A stretch of DNA of 64,000 nucleotides from Gemmatimonadota bacterium (GCA_016720805.1 JADKJZ010000002.1:92664-156663); one strand, 5' to 3'; shown: positions 1 through 9,379, counted from the first letter of the stretch. A program made the numbers and translations. Notes: a model not told the origin generated them from the letters alone.

Positions 1-605
1 GACTTCGCGGCCGGCGAGTGCGACTGGAAGACGCCACCGATCCCCGCGCCGGCGTCGAAGCCGACGAAGTGCGGCATCGTCGGGGTCGCGCCCCAGCCGA
101 AGAGCTCGCCCACGAAGCGTGTGATGGCGTCGCCGTCGACGGCATACATCTCGAGGCTGCAGAGCGCGCCTGCCGGCGGCTTCGGATTGGTGCCGAACGG
201 CATCTCCATGCGCGGTGGCTTCGCCGCGAGCATTCCCGACGTGAGGCCGTAGATGGTGCCGGAAGGATCGGTGAATCGTGCCAACTGGGTGCCCATCGGA
301 CCAGCCCACGGCGCGCGCTCGGCGCTGCCGCCGGCCGCGACGACTTGAGCAAGCGTTGCCGCGACATCGGCACAGTCGATGAAGGGCACCACCGCCTGGA
401 AGCCCTCGGGGAGATTGGTGCGAAGCACGACGGACGGTCCGGCCGGCGGTGCGGCGGCGATGAGTTCCGCGCTGAGCGCCTGCATCGGCCAGCCGAAGAC
501 GCCCGCGTAGAAGGCATGCGAGGCGGCGAGATCCTTCGCGGCGATCGAGACCATCGCGATCGGGTGGGCGCCGGTGCCGTGCGGAATGGGAGGCAGGGAA
601 CTCAT
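1..605 (-). CDS. VOC/glyoxalase-fold protein (two tandem modules); C-terminus runs off the window
   Basis: My own reverse translation from ATG (complement of 603-605) gives MSSLPPIPHGTGAHPIAMVSIAAKDLAASHAFYAGVFGWPMQ... and later ...CSLEMYAVDGDAITRFVGELFGWGA. The frame stays open to position 1. It is absent from the ORF track because there is no stop in the window. Confidence 0.7.
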   Translation of the reverse strand, partial: MSSLPPIPHGTGAHPIAMVSIAAKDLAASHAFYAGVFGWPMQALSAELIAAAPPAGPSVVLRTNLPEGFQAVVPFIDCADVAATLAQVVAAGGSAERAPWAGPMGTQLARFTDPSGTIYGLTSGMLAAKPPRMEMPFGTNPKPPAGALCSLEMYAVDGDAITRFVGELFGWGATPTMPHFVGFDAGAGIGGVFQSHSPAAK

Positions 606-626
606 CGAGCGTGCTCCGGTCGAGGG

Positions 627-1103
627 TCAGGGCCGCTTGGCAGGCGGCAGAGGGAGTTGCGCCACCATCTCGATCTCGATCGATGCGCCACCGGGGAGCT
701 TGGCGACCTGCACCGTGCTGCGGGCGGGCCGCGCCGCGCCGAGGCGCTGGACATACACCGCGTTCATCTTCTCGAAGTCGGCGAGGTCTGTCATGAAGAC
801 CGTCACCTTGACCACGTCGGTCATTCGCGCGCCCGCGGCGGTGAGGACCGCCTCCAGGTTGTCGAAGACGCGCTGTGCTTCCGCGACGAGTCCGCCCTCT
901 ACCAGCTTTCCCGTCGCCGGATCGCGCCCGGTCTGGCCGGCGGTGAAGAGCATCCCGTTGCTGATGACGCCCTGCGAATAGGGGCCGATCTGCTTCGGCG
1001 CGCCCTCGGTGAAGACGACCCGCGGCGCGCCCTGCGCCGGGAGTGCCATCGGGGCGAGGGCCAGGGCGAGTACGAGGAAGCGGGCGGGCGCGCGCGACAT
1101 CAC
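627..1103 (-). CDS. RidA/YjgF family reactive-intermediate deaminase with N-terminal signal peptide
   Basis: 158 aa. Signal-like MMSRAPARFLVLALALAPMALPAQG, then the RidA core GPYSQGV...LFTAGQTG...VKVTVFMTD...ARSTVQVAKLPGGASIEIE. The start overlaps the stop of the upstream gene (GTGATG). Confidence 0.85.
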   Translation of the reverse strand: MMSRAPARFLVLALALAPMALPAQGAPRVVFTEGAPKQIGPYSQGVISNGMLFTAGQTGRDPATGKLVEGGLVAEAQRVFDNLEAVLTAAGARMTDVVKVTVFMTDLADFEKMNAVYVQRLGAARPARSTVQVAKLPGGASIEIEMVAQLPLPPAKRP

Positions 1104-2035
1104 TTCGCCGGGGTGATGATGATCCGGCGATACTCGATCACGCCGTGGTCGCCTTGCAGGTAGAGCGGGCCGGGCTTCGCCTCGTCCGCATCAAGCGCGC
1201 CGCCCGTGAAGCCGGGAATTTCCCGCTCGCAGATGATCGTCTTGCCGTTGAGGACGACGGTCACGGTGCGGCCGACGAGCGTGATGTCGAAGCTCTGCCA
1301 CTCACCCGGCTGCTTCGCCGCGTTCTGGTTCGGCGTGATCATGCCGTAGATGGCGCCGAGGCCGTCGATCTGCGGCTCCGCCGACGGCGTATCCTCGATC
1401 TGCACCTCGTACCGGCCGCGCAGGTAGACGCCGCTGTTGCTGCCCGGCGGGTAGCGGAACTCGACGTGCAGCTTGAAGTCGCCGAAGGTCCGTGTGGTCA
1501 CCAGGTCGGCGCCGGCCTTGGCATTGCGGAGAATGCCCTGCGCGAGCGTCCACTGGCTCGGGCTCTCGCCGAGCGGCTTCCACTCGGTGAGCGTCGTGCC
1601 GCCAAGCAGGGCGATCGGTGCCCCCCAGACGACGGGCGTGGTGCGGCGCAGCGTCGGCGCCCGCCCGCCGCGAAAGGTCATCGGCGTGCCGTTGCCGAAG
1701 GAGACTGTGCCGCTGATCGAATCACCCACCACCCGGCCGACGAAGGTGTTGTCCCCCTCGGCGTCATTCCACTGTGGCGGAATCACGAAACGGAATTCCC
1801 CGGTGGCGGGCGTGAACTCGACCTTGGCAATCGGACGGGCGCTGCCGGCCAGCAACATCACCTCGCCCACCAGCATGCTGCGGCCACTGTGCCGGACCTC
1901 GAGCCACGCCGAGGTGTGCCGACCGGGGACGGCGACGGTCATGTCCCAGCGGCCGATCAGCGGCGCGCGGGACTGGGCGGTGAGCGGGGAGACCACCAGC
2001 GTGGCGGTGAGAGCGAGCAGGGTCGGACGGGTCAT
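1100..2035 (-). CDS. DUF1080 (3-keto-disaccharide hydrolase-like, concanavalin-fold) secreted protein
   Basis: 311 aa. Signal MTRPTLLALTATLVVSPLTAQS. C-terminal half has the typical DUF1080 pattern: FGDFKLHVEFRYPPGSNSGVYLRGRYEVQI...GAIYG...WQSFDITLVGRTVTVVLNG...PLYLQGDHGVIEYRRI. Confidence 0.8.
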   Translation of the reverse strand: MTRPTLLALTATLVVSPLTAQSRAPLIGRWDMTVAVPGRHTSAWLEVRHSGRSMLVGEVMLLAGSARPIAKVEFTPATGEFRFVIPPQWNDAEGDNTFVGRVVGDSISGTVSFGNGTPMTFRGGRAPTLRRTTPVVWGAPIALLGGTTLTEWKPLGESPSQWTLAQGILRNAKAGADLVTTRTFGDFKLHVEFRYPPGSNSGVYLRGRYEVQIEDTPSAEPQIDGLGAIYGMITPNQNAAKQPGEWQSFDITLVGRTVTVVLNGKTIICEREIPGFTGGALDADEAKPGPLYLQGDHGVIEYRRIIITPAK

Positions 2036-2056
2036 CGAGTGCCTCGGGGAGAGCGG

Positions 2057-2650
2057 TCAGTGCTTGGGGCGCGGGGTCGGTCGGAGCGAGGGAATTCGTT
2101 CCTGGCGGTCGCAGCAGGCAATCAACTCGGCAAGCCGCTTGGCACGTGTCTGGGCACGCTTGGCCGTGACCACCCAGTGGGTGCTGGTGCGCCGATACGA
2201 TGGTGCCGCCGCTTGAAAGTACGCCCAGGCGCGCCGCTCGCGCCGAAAAGTGGCCAGGTCGTCGGCCGACAACTCGCTCGCGGCGCGCTCGAACGAGTAG
2301 ATCCCCGTCCGCTCGGGAGTGCGAGCCTCGAAGGCCGCCAGGCCCGCCGGCTGCATCCGCCCGGCCGCCTGCAGCCGCTCGACATGGGCCACATTCACCA
2401 GACTCCAGATCGATCGTGCGCGACGCGGCGTGAAGCGGATGGCATAGGCGTCCGCGTCGAGTGAGCGACGCACCCCATCGATCCACCCCACACAGAGCGC
2501 CTCGTCGAGCGCCTCGGCGTACCCGATCCCGCTCGACAACGCGTGGGCCTTCGCAATCCGGACCACGAGGTGGTCGGTGGTCGCGTGGTGCGTGCGCAAC
2601 CAGCGACGAAACGCCGCCGCACTCGCGAAGTGGGTCGGTGCGGCCGTCAT
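2057..2650 (-). CDS. YdeI/OmpD-associated family protein
   Basis: Trimmed to MTAAPTHFASAAAFRRWLRTHH..., whose ATG overlaps the upstream stop (ATGA at 2647-2650). Family-typical WIDGVRRSLDADAYAIRFTPRRARSIWS...ERL..AGRM.PAG. Confidence 0.7.
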   Translation of the reverse strand: MTAAPTHFASAAAFRRWLRTHHATTDHLVVRIAKAHALSSGIGYAEALDEALCVGWIDGVRRSLDADAYAIRFTPRRARSIWSLVNVAHVERLQAAGRMQPAGLAAFEARTPERTGIYSFERAASELSADDLATFRRERRAWAYFQAAAPSYRRTSTHWVVTAKRAQTRAKRLAELIACCDRQERIPSLRPTPRPKH

Positions 2651-3033
2651 TCCGAGGACCGCGACTTCGGCTCCAGTCCGGGCGGCGCCAAGCATCGCCA
2701 CGCCTCGGTCAGGATCGTGCGCAGTTCGCGGGCCGTCACCGCCTCGAGACGGAGCAGCACCGCAGGGTACCCGTTGTAGTGCGGCTCGGTGAAGAACTTT
2801 TCGGGCTCGGTGGCGATCAGGAAATCCTTGTCCATCAGGTTGGCAACGCGGACAGCGACCACCCTGGGCTGCGGCACTCGCGGCTTCTTCGGCTGGACGC
2901 GTTCCATCCAGACCCAGACAAAGCCTCTTGCCTTCCCCTTCTTCTGCCGGACCGCGAAGGCGAAGCCGGTCTGTGCCTCCTCCGTCTCCGGCAGCGCGCG
3001 TGCGATCCGCCGGACGTCAGCCTGCGTGGCCAT
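2647..3033 (-). CDS. MmcQ/YjbR-like protein
   Basis: 128 aa: MATQADVRRIARALPETEE...FAFAVRQKKG...FFTEPHYNGYPAVLLRLEAVTARELRTILTEAW. The pattern resembles the YjbR family. Confidence 0.6.
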   Translation of the reverse strand: MATQADVRRIARALPETEEAQTGFAFAVRQKKGKARGFVWVWMERVQPKKPRVPQPRVVAVRVANLMDKDFLIATEPEKFFTEPHYNGYPAVLLRLEAVTARELRTILTEAWRCLAPPGLEPKSRSSE

Positions 3034-4399
3034 CTGCCGTGCTCGGCTGAAGTCGCAGGGAGATCAGCATCATCAGCAGCATCACCGCCGTCGCGGCGCG
3101 GTACGCCACGCTCAGCCCGGCGAGTCCCCCACCGGCACGGTCGGCGAGGAAGGAGAGAACGGCCACCACCATCAGGTTGCCGATCGCGATCCCGATGTTC
3201 ACCAGCGCCTGGGCGGCACTGCGTTCGCGCACCGTGACTTCATTGAGCACCAGGGTGCGCAGTGTTCCGCCGACCACGATGCCGACACCGGTGCCGATGA
3301 AGAGCGTCGCGAGCATGTACATCCAGAAGTGCGCGGCGAAGACGCCGATCAGTCCCGAGCCGATGCCGAGCGTGCCGAAACCCCAGAGCATCACGGCGCG
3401 AGCGCCGAGCTTGTGCTGGATCCGCCCGAAGCCGGCCGAGGCGACGGCGGAGCAGAGCACCAGCGGTAGCAGCAGCAAGCCGGCCTTCTTCGAGGGCGTA
3501 TTGAAGGCGGCCACCGCGATCGACGTGATGAAGATGACGCTCCCCATCCCGAAGCCGGCGCCGACACAGAGAGCCCAGGTGGTGCGCAGCTGGCGGGTGA
3601 CGAAGAGCGTGAGCGGGACGATCGGCTGCGCGGCGCGTCGTTCGATGAGCAGGAGCAGCGGCAGGGCGACCGCGGAGGTGGCCAGCAGCATAGGCCAGAG
3701 CGTCTGGCCGAGGGCGGTGTCCAGTGCGCGATTGATGCCGAGGGTCAGCGTCGTCAGCATCAACGCCAGCGTCGTGATCCCGGCGTAGTCGAAGGGGGGA
3801 TGGTCGACCTGCTCGACGCGCGAGGGCAGAGCGCGGGCACTCATCACGAAGACCACCGCCGCGATGGGCAGGTTGATCAGGAAGATCCACTGCCAGCTGG
3901 CGACCACCAGCAGCAGCGAGGCGACCACCGGCCCGACCAGGAAGGCCATCCCGAACGTGGCACCGATCAGGCCGAGGATCTTGCCACGCTCCGCCGGCGG
4001 AAAGGTGTCGCCCACGACGGCACTCGCGGTCGGCGTGATCCCGCCGGCGCCCATCCCCTGCACGGCCCGGCCGACGAGGAGCATCCCGAAAGTCGTCGAG
4101 CGCGCCACCAGGAGAGAGCCGATCGCGAACGCGGCGATGTCGAGCAGGTAGATCGCGCGTCGGCCAAAGCGGTCGCTGAGGTTGGCCATCAACGCGGTGC
4201 TGCTGAGCGAGCAGAGCGAGAAAACGATGGTAACCAGGCCGATCTGCCGATTGTCGACCCCGAACGCCGCGCGGAGGGCGGGGATCGCCGGCGCCACCAC
4301 GGCGGCGTCGAGTGCCGCCATGAAGACGCCGACGAACAGCACCGTGAGAATCCGGCGACGGGCGGCGTCTTCGTCGGTGGGCAGGACAATGTCAGGCAT
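3017..4399 (-). CDS. MFS transporter, DHA2/EmrB-like drug:H+ antiporter type
   Basis: 460 aa and hydrophobic throughout. MFS motif-A-like LSDRFGRRAIYL; multi-TM profile similar to 14-TM DHA2 proteins. Confidence 0.85.
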   Translation of the reverse strand: MPDIVLPTDEDAARRRILTVLFVGVFMAALDAAVVAPAIPALRAAFGVDNRQIGLVTIVFSLCSLSSTALMANLSDRFGRRAIYLLDIAAFAIGSLLVARSTTFGMLLVGRAVQGMGAGGITPTASAVVGDTFPPAERGKILGLIGATFGMAFLVGPVVASLLLVVASWQWIFLINLPIAAVVFVMSARALPSRVEQVDHPPFDYAGITTLALMLTTLTLGINRALDTALGQTLWPMLLATSAVALPLLLLIERRAAQPIVPLTLFVTRQLRTTWALCVGAGFGMGSVIFITSIAVAAFNTPSKKAGLLLLPLVLCSAVASAGFGRIQHKLGARAVMLWGFGTLGIGSGLIGVFAAHFWMYMLATLFIGTGVGIVVGGTLRTLVLNEVTVRERSAAQALVNIGIAIGNLMVVAVLSFLADRAGGGLAGLSVAYRAATAVMLLMMLISLRLQPSTADGHAG

Positions 4400-4433
4400 C
4401 CGGCAAAGGTAGCGTCCACCGCTCCGTCCCGCC

Positions 4434-4970
4434 CTACGCCGCGGCGACCGAGTCGTCGCGGCGCTTCCGGGAGAGTCGCCACGCCGTGCCGAGGGTAAAG
4501 AGGAGCCCGACCGGCAGCGGCTCGAGGAAGGTGTACGCGATGTTCACCAGCGGCTTCTGGTACTGGACCCGGAACTCGGCCATTTCCTTCGTCCGCTTGG
4601 CGATCTCCGCCTCGCTGGCCCCACTCGCCCGCGCCTGCTCGACGCTGTGGGCCGCAAACTTGTCGCCGAAGTCCGGCGCCAGCTTGTAGTAGATGAGCTC
4701 CCAGGTCGCGACGTAGCAGACGGTCGCGACGAGGGTGATCAGGAGCCCGACCCGGAAGGCATGTCCGAATGTGATCCGGCCGTCCGGGCTGCCGTCGCGA
4801 TACGACCGGACGCCGAAGTAGACCATCAGGAAGGCGGCCACCATCGTGGTGTAGCCGACCAGCATGCCGTAGTCGAAGCCGATCGCATCCATGAACGGCA
4901 GGGTCAGGAGCATCATCGCCGACAGCATGGCGCCGGCGATCAGGCCGTAGGTCAACACGAACTTCCGCAT
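4434..4970 (-). CDS. DUF4199 membrane protein
   Basis: 178 aa: MRKFVLTYGLIAGAMLSAMMLL...YFGVRSYRD...ITFGHAFRVGLLITL... Typical DUF4199 layout. Sits downstream of the membrane LuxR gene. Confidence 0.75.
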   Translation of the reverse strand: MRKFVLTYGLIAGAMLSAMMLLTLPFMDAIGFDYGMLVGYTTMVAAFLMVYFGVRSYRDGSPDGRITFGHAFRVGLLITLVATVCYVATWELIYYKLAPDFGDKFAAHSVEQARASGASEAEIAKRTKEMAEFRVQYQKPLVNIAYTFLEPLPVGLLFTLGTAWRLSRKRRDDSVAAA

Positions 4971-5094
4971 TCCGACACTCGGGGGTTGGAGGACGGCGGA
5001 TTCTATTGGTTTGCGGCGCCGGGCGCGTCACCCGAAAGGATGATTTCCGGCGATTTTGGCCGAAATCACCCGGAAAGGTGACGGAATCGGGGGG

Positions 5095-5535
5095 TCACGG
5101 GATCAGGCGGAGTTCCTGCCCGAGTTGGACGGCCTGGGTCCGGCGCTGCGCGCCGAGCTTCGCGAAGACCCGGCTCGAGTGAGTCTTGACGGTGTTCTCG
5201 CTGACGTGGACCCGCTCGCCGATCTCCTTGTTGCTCAGGCCCGCGGCGATCAGCTCGAGGATCTCGAGTTCGCGGGGGGTCAGGCCGAGGGAGGCGACCT
5301 TGCGGTCGTCGCGGACGAAATCCCTGGGTGCCGGGACCAGAACCTCCTGCACGACCACCGTGGGCTTCGGCCCCGTCACCCGCCGGCCGAGCCAGATCCC
5401 GAACGCGGCAAAGAGCGCGGCGACGAGGCCGCCGTAGATCTGCACGGAGTGGTCGAGCACCAGCCAGCGGTACTCGACCGCTTGGAGGGCGGCGATGAGG
5501 AGGCCGCCGAGGAGGCCGTAGCGGAGGATGGTCAT
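5095..5535 (-). CDS. Membrane-anchored LuxR-family HTH transcriptional regulator
   Basis: 146 aa. Two N-terminal hydrophobic helices, then the LuxR/GerE HTH: LTPRELEILELIAAGLSNKEIGERVHVSENTVKTHSSRVFAKLG. Confidence 0.85.
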   Translation of the reverse strand: MTILRYGLLGGLLIAALQAVEYRWLVLDHSVQIYGGLVAALFAAFGIWLGRRVTGPKPTVVVQEVLVPAPRDFVRDDRKVASLGLTPRELEILELIAAGLSNKEIGERVHVSENTVKTHSSRVFAKLGAQRRTQAVQLGQELRLIP

Positions 5536-5633
5536 GGTGATGCTACAATCTACCGTGGATTTGAGCGGCGTCGACCGGGAATCGGCGGTCCCGCTTGGTA
5601 GCTTCCCTTCCTCCCCAACCCCTGGTGATTCCG

Positions 5634-6086
5634 ATGTCTTCCACCCGTTCTCGCCTGCTCCCGCTCATCGCTTTCGTGGCCACCGCCTCGCTCGCCGCGG
5701 CCTGCTCCTATGGCACCACCGCGCCGTCCACTGCGCCGCAGGCGTCGGCCGCACCGGCGGTGCCGGCCCGCCCCGCCGAGGTGACGGCAGCGGCCATCGC
5801 CGAAGGCGACTCGCTCTATGCCGGCGGATCCTGCACGCGGTGCCACGGCGCCAAGGGCATCGGCACGCCGCGTGGTCCGAGCCTCGTGACTGGGCCGTGG
5901 TTGCAGCACAGTGGCAGCTACGCGGAGATCGTCGGTACCATCACCAACGGCGTGCCGCGCGCGTCGATCAAGGACACGACCCACCGCTTCCCGATGAATG
6001 CCCGCGGTGGCCCGATGAACCTCACCGACCCGCAGGTGAAGTCGATGGCCGCCTATGTCTGGTCGATTTCGCGAGCGAAGCGCTAG
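5634..6086 (+). CDS. c-type cytochrome (class I), probable lipoprotein
   Basis: Trimmed to MSSTRSRLLPLIAFVATASLAAAC (lipobox-like). Haem motif CTRCH, with a downstream Met candidate in FPMNARGGPMN. Confidence 0.8.
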   Translation: MSSTRSRLLPLIAFVATASLAAACSYGTTAPSTAPQASAAPAVPARPAEVTAAAIAEGDSLYAGGSCTRCHGAKGIGTPRGPSLVTGPWLQHSGSYAEIVGTITNGVPRASIKDTTHRFPMNARGGPMNLTDPQVKSMAAYVWSISRAKR

Positions 6087-6093
6087 CGCAGGA

Positions 6094-6581
6094 TCAGTGT
6101 CGGCGCTGGCGGAGCGCCTCGTACACCGCCACGGCCACGCTGGTGGAGAGATTGAGCGAGCGCACCAGTGGCGAGTGAATCGGCAGGGCGAGGAAGCGCT
6201 CGGGATGGCGGGCGTGCAGGTCGTCGGGGAGTCCGCCGGTTTCGCGTCCGAAGATGAGGACGGTGCCTCGCCCGTCCGCAGTGGCGAGTGGGGCATCCCA
6301 GAACAGTCGCGTCGATTTGGTCGAGAAGAACCACGGCTCCCCAGCGAGGGGAGCTCCCGCGCGAACGTCTCCCAGTCCGGCCAGACGCGGAGGTCGACAT
6401 GCTCCCAGTAGTCGAGCCCCGCCCGCTTCACCTCCCGTTCGTCCAGCGAGAAGCCGAGCGGCTCGATCAGGTGCAGCGTGGCGCCGGCGGCGAGACAGGT
6501 CCGTCCGGCGTTGCCGGTGTTCCAGTGAATCTCGGGGTGCACCAGCACGACATGCAGTGCGGCCGGCGGCGTCTCGCTCAC
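6094..6581 (-). pseudogene. trmL: tRNA (cytidine/uridine-2'-O)-methyltransferase TrmL, split by a 1-nt frameshift at a C4/G4 run (authentic or sequencing error)
   Basis: N-terminal frame: VSETPPAALHVVLVHPEIHWNTGNAGRTCLAAGATLHLIEPLGFSLDEREVKRAGLDYWEHVDLRVWPDWETFARELPSLG. Shifting the frame at 6339-6342 (CCCC) gives EPWFFSTKSTRLFWDAPLATADGRGTVLIFGRETGGLPDDLHARHPERFLALPIHSPLVRSLNLSTSVAVAVYEALRQRRH*, with the stop at 6094-6096. The GTG start overlaps the upstream stop (GTGA at 6578-6581). Confidence 0.8.
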
Positions 6582-7021
6582 CGAGGCCGGCTGGTGAAGA
6601 TCTTGTTCACGATGCGCCACTCACCCCGCACGCGCAGCAGGTTGAGATAGTCGACGTACACCGACTTCGGATACGTCTCGGTCACCTTCACCGAGGCAGC
6701 GTTGTCGGTGATGTCGACCGCCGTGATCCGGAGGGTCCCCTCCTCTTCCTTTCCCGCGTTGGCCACGAAGCCCTTCTGCCACTCCGCCTGCGTGAGCTGG
6801 CCGATGGTGCCATCGCGTTTGATGAAGAGGAGTTTCGCCTCGGGCCAGAAGGCGGCCTGCAAGGATGGCACGTCGTTGAACTTGAGCCCGTGGAGGTAGC
6901 GCTCGACCACGGCGCGGACGGCCGCCTGATCGGACGGCGCGCTCGCGGTCTGTTGTGCGGCGAGCGCCACGGGCGCGGTGATGACGGCCGCGAACAGGAG
7001 GAGCCCAGGTGTCAGTCGCAT
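6578..7021 (-). CDS. Secreted NTF2/SnoaL-like fold protein
   Basis: Trimmed to MRLTPGLLLFAAVITAPVALAAQQ (signal peptide). Then AVRAVVERYLHGLKFNDVPSLQAAFWPEAKLLFIKRDG...ASVKVTETYP...YLNLLRVRGEWRIVNKIF. Confidence 0.7.
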   Translation of the reverse strand: MRLTPGLLLFAAVITAPVALAAQQTASAPSDQAAVRAVVERYLHGLKFNDVPSLQAAFWPEAKLLFIKRDGTIGQLTQAEWQKGFVANAGKEEEGTLRITAVDITDNAASVKVTETYPKSVYVDYLNLLRVRGEWRIVNKIFTSRPR

Positions 7022-7052
7022 GACCGGCCTCGTGGTGCAGGGTGTGGGGAAA

Positions 7053-8285
7053 TCACTTGGCGACGACGGCACGCGCGAGCCGTCCCTGGATGGCACGGAA
7101 CGGCAGCTGCTTGCCGCCGGCGATGTTCCAGCCATTGAAGACGACGACCATGTCGAGGTCGGGGAAGGCCACGGGAAGTTGGCCGCCGAATCCCGACCCG
7201 GCCCAGACGAACTTGGCCGGGTCGAGCGGGTCGGGGTGAAGCCACCACTTCAGGCCGTACCGTGAAGCGTTCGGCCCGGAACCGGTCGCGACGGCCGGCG
7301 TCACGGACTGGCGCACCCAATCGGCCGACACCACGCGCTGATCGCGCCACGTCCCCTGCTGCAGGAAGAGCTGCCACACGCGCGCGAGGTCGCTGGCCTC
7401 GAGGTAGAGGCCGCCCTCGGTGTCGGCGGTGCCCGACGGCGTGCGCTTCCAGAACCAGCGCGAGATGCCGAGCGGCCGGAAGAGGTGGGCCGCGCCGTAT
7501 TCCTCGATGTCCTTTCCGGTCGCCTGACGGAAGATGTGCGCGAGCAGCGCGCTCTCGCCGCTGCTGTAGTTGAACTGCGTCCCGGGTTCGCGCATCATCG
7601 GTCGGTCGATCGTAAAGCGGATCCAGTCTGCGCTCTCCTCGAGCGCCGTCGCGGTGTTGCGCGGATCGGTGTACGGCAGCGACTCGTTCCAGTCGAAGCC
7701 GCCAGTCATCGTCAGCAGGTGGCGCACCGTCATGTGCCGCTTGCGGTCGTCGATGTTGGCGACCTTCGTCGTGTCGAAGAATGAGAGCACTGGCGCATCG
7801 ATGCTGGGAAAGTCACCGCGCGTGACCGCGGTCCCGATGATCACCGAGGCGACGGTCTTGGTCACCGACTGCAGCGTGTGCAAGTCGCCGCGGCGGTAGA
7901 ACGGATGCCACCACGTGTTGTAGTAGTTGTACGGCCCGGTGAGGTCGTGCGCGTTGAGCCCGCCGGGAATCTTGGCCAGCGAGCCGTACGCGGCTTCGTA
8001 GTCGACCGGGTAGCTCTTGTCGTAGGCGACCCGCCCGTGGCGGATCACCAGCATCCGGTCGATGTTGCCGTAGCGCCCCGAGCGGATCTCGGCGTCGATC
8101 GAGTCGAGCACCGCCGCGTTGAGGCCGACCTTGGCCGGCGTGGTGCGCGGCCACTCGGTGCGCACGGGTGCCGCCTGGGCGGACACCTCCTGGATTCCAG
8201 CACTGGCGAGCAGGACCGCGAGGAACATCCGGCGGATTGAAGGCAGGCGCACGCGGACTCCAGGAAGAGGATGGGGGTGAATCAT
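7053..8285 (-). CDS. Beta-lactamase-fold serine hydrolase (class C / PBP-like), secreted
   Basis: Start at MIHPHP... (ATGA overlap with the upstream stop at 8282-8285); MFLAVLLASAG at 8228 is an alternative start. SxxK motif SVTK, plus YSSGE and a downstream G-rich region. About 410 aa. Confidence 0.8.
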   Translation of the reverse strand: MIHPHPLPGVRVRLPSIRRMFLAVLLASAGIQEVSAQAAPVRTEWPRTTPAKVGLNAAVLDSIDAEIRSGRYGNIDRMLVIRHGRVAYDKSYPVDYEAAYGSLAKIPGGLNAHDLTGPYNYYNTWWHPFYRRGDLHTLQSVTKTVASVIIGTAVTRGDFPSIDAPVLSFFDTTKVANIDDRKRHMTVRHLLTMTGGFDWNESLPYTDPRNTATALEESADWIRFTIDRPMMREPGTQFNYSSGESALLAHIFRQATGKDIEEYGAAHLFRPLGISRWFWKRTPSGTADTEGGLYLEASDLARVWQLFLQQGTWRDQRVVSADWVRQSVTPAVATGSGPNASRYGLKWWLHPDPLDPAKFVWAGSGFGGQLPVAFPDLDMVVVFNGWNIAGGKQLPFRAIQGRLARAVVAK

Positions 8286-8674
8286 TTCGCGGCGTCGGTC
8301 GGATTGCCAAGCGTCTGGTTGAGGGCGACCGCCTCGCGCACCAGGTTGCGCACCGTCGGCGCCGTGATGGTCATTCCTTGGCGGAGTTCCAGCGTCGCCA
8401 TCTCGTACTTGCCGCCAGGCTTCAGGCGTGGCTCGATCTCGGTGAGTCGCTGCCCGCGCCAGAAGCCGAAGAGCACCCGCTCCTCCTCGGCACGGATGAG
8501 CAGCACCGGGCCGTTGGCGAGATAGACGATGTGACCCCACTTGATGACTTCCTCGAGTGGCGCCGCGCGCTGGACGGCAGCGCGCAGCGACTCGACCACC
8601 GTGCGGCGCCAACCGCGGAGCGCCGCAACGTAGGCGTCAGGGTTCGCGGCGGGGACCACCTTCTTCATCGCCAT
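8282..8674 (-). CDS. DUF1801 (YdhG-like) domain protein
   Basis: 130 aa: ...ESLRAAVQRAAPLEEVIKWGHIVYLANGPVLLIRAEEERVLFGFWRG... Confidence 0.7.
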   Translation of the reverse strand: MAMKKVVPAANPDAYVAALRGWRRTVVESLRAAVQRAAPLEEVIKWGHIVYLANGPVLLIRAEEERVLFGFWRGQRLTEIEPRLKPGGKYEMATLELRQGMTITAPTVRNLVREAVALNQTLGNPTDAAK

Positions 8675-8845
8675 GGAGATACTCCCGAGGGGGCCTGCGG
8701 AAGCTACCAGCGCATGACGGCCTGGGGGCGGGGAGGTTTCGGCAACCAGGAAAGGTCATCCTCTCGCAGGGGATGCCGGACACCGTCCCGGGGCGCGGCG
8801 TGGAGCGGCCCCCTCGATGCCGGGAACCGCCCCCTAGAGTGGCGC

Positions 8846-9379
8846 TCAGGCGGCCGCGGCGCCAGCCCGACGGATCACGCGCACACCGAGGGTGCGCTGA
8901 ATCCGGGCCAGGTGGTGCCACGGATGCCGCATCGGATGGTCCTCGATGATGTACTGCACCGTGACCGGGGCATCGTAGCTGAGCGAGAACGGCACCGCGC
9001 GGTCGAGGTCGGCATCGGAGAGGCCCCGGACCTCGCGGGCCGCCGCCGCGCTGTTCTGTGCGAGCAGCGAGAGCGCGGCCTCCTTGGTCACGCCGGCGTG
9101 TTCCGCCGCATGCGCGGCGTTGATGCCGGCGACCACCTCCCATGTGACGTCGCTGATCACGTCGTGGGCGAGTGCCGCCCGGACCACGTCGAGTTCGATC
9201 GGGTACATGTTGGCGACATGGTGCACGATCACCCCGACGGTCCGGCCGTCGGGACGAACCGGCGTGGACCACTGTTCGGGTGTGAGATCCTGGGCGACGG
9301 CGGCGAGCAGGGCGGCGCCCTCCTCGATCCGGTCGGCGAGTTGGTTGGCGCGAGTCGACATCTGGTCCTCGGCGTGCAT
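8846..9379 (-). CDS. DinB-family (four-helix bundle) protein
   Basis: 177 aa. Contains His residues positioned as in DinB_2 proteins (VGVIVHHVANMY...AAHAAEHAG...IEDHPMRHPWHHLARI). Confidence 0.7.
   Translation of the reverse strand: MHAEDQMSTRANQLADRIEEGAALLAAVAQDLTPEQWSTPVRPDGRTVGVIVHHVANMYPIELDVVRAALAHDVISDVTWEVVAGINAAHAAEHAGVTKEAALSLLAQNSAAAAREVRGLSDADLDRAVPFSLSYDAPVTVQYIIEDHPMRHPWHHLARIQRTLGVRVIRRAGAAAA

Noticed and set aside
5541-5549. TGcTACAAT extended -10-like motif, 85 nt upstream of the cytochrome c start.
   Set aside because: It is plausible as a promoter element, but I found no convincing -35 and the promoter consensus of this lineage is unknown to me. The motif alone is too weak to list as a feature.
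5550-6620. 356-aa minus-strand ORF taken as a single gene.
   Set aside because: Only its first ~80 residues (the TrmL N-terminal half) look like protein. The remainder is out-of-frame read-through across the cytochrome c gene on the other strand. The true TrmL C-terminus lies in another frame.
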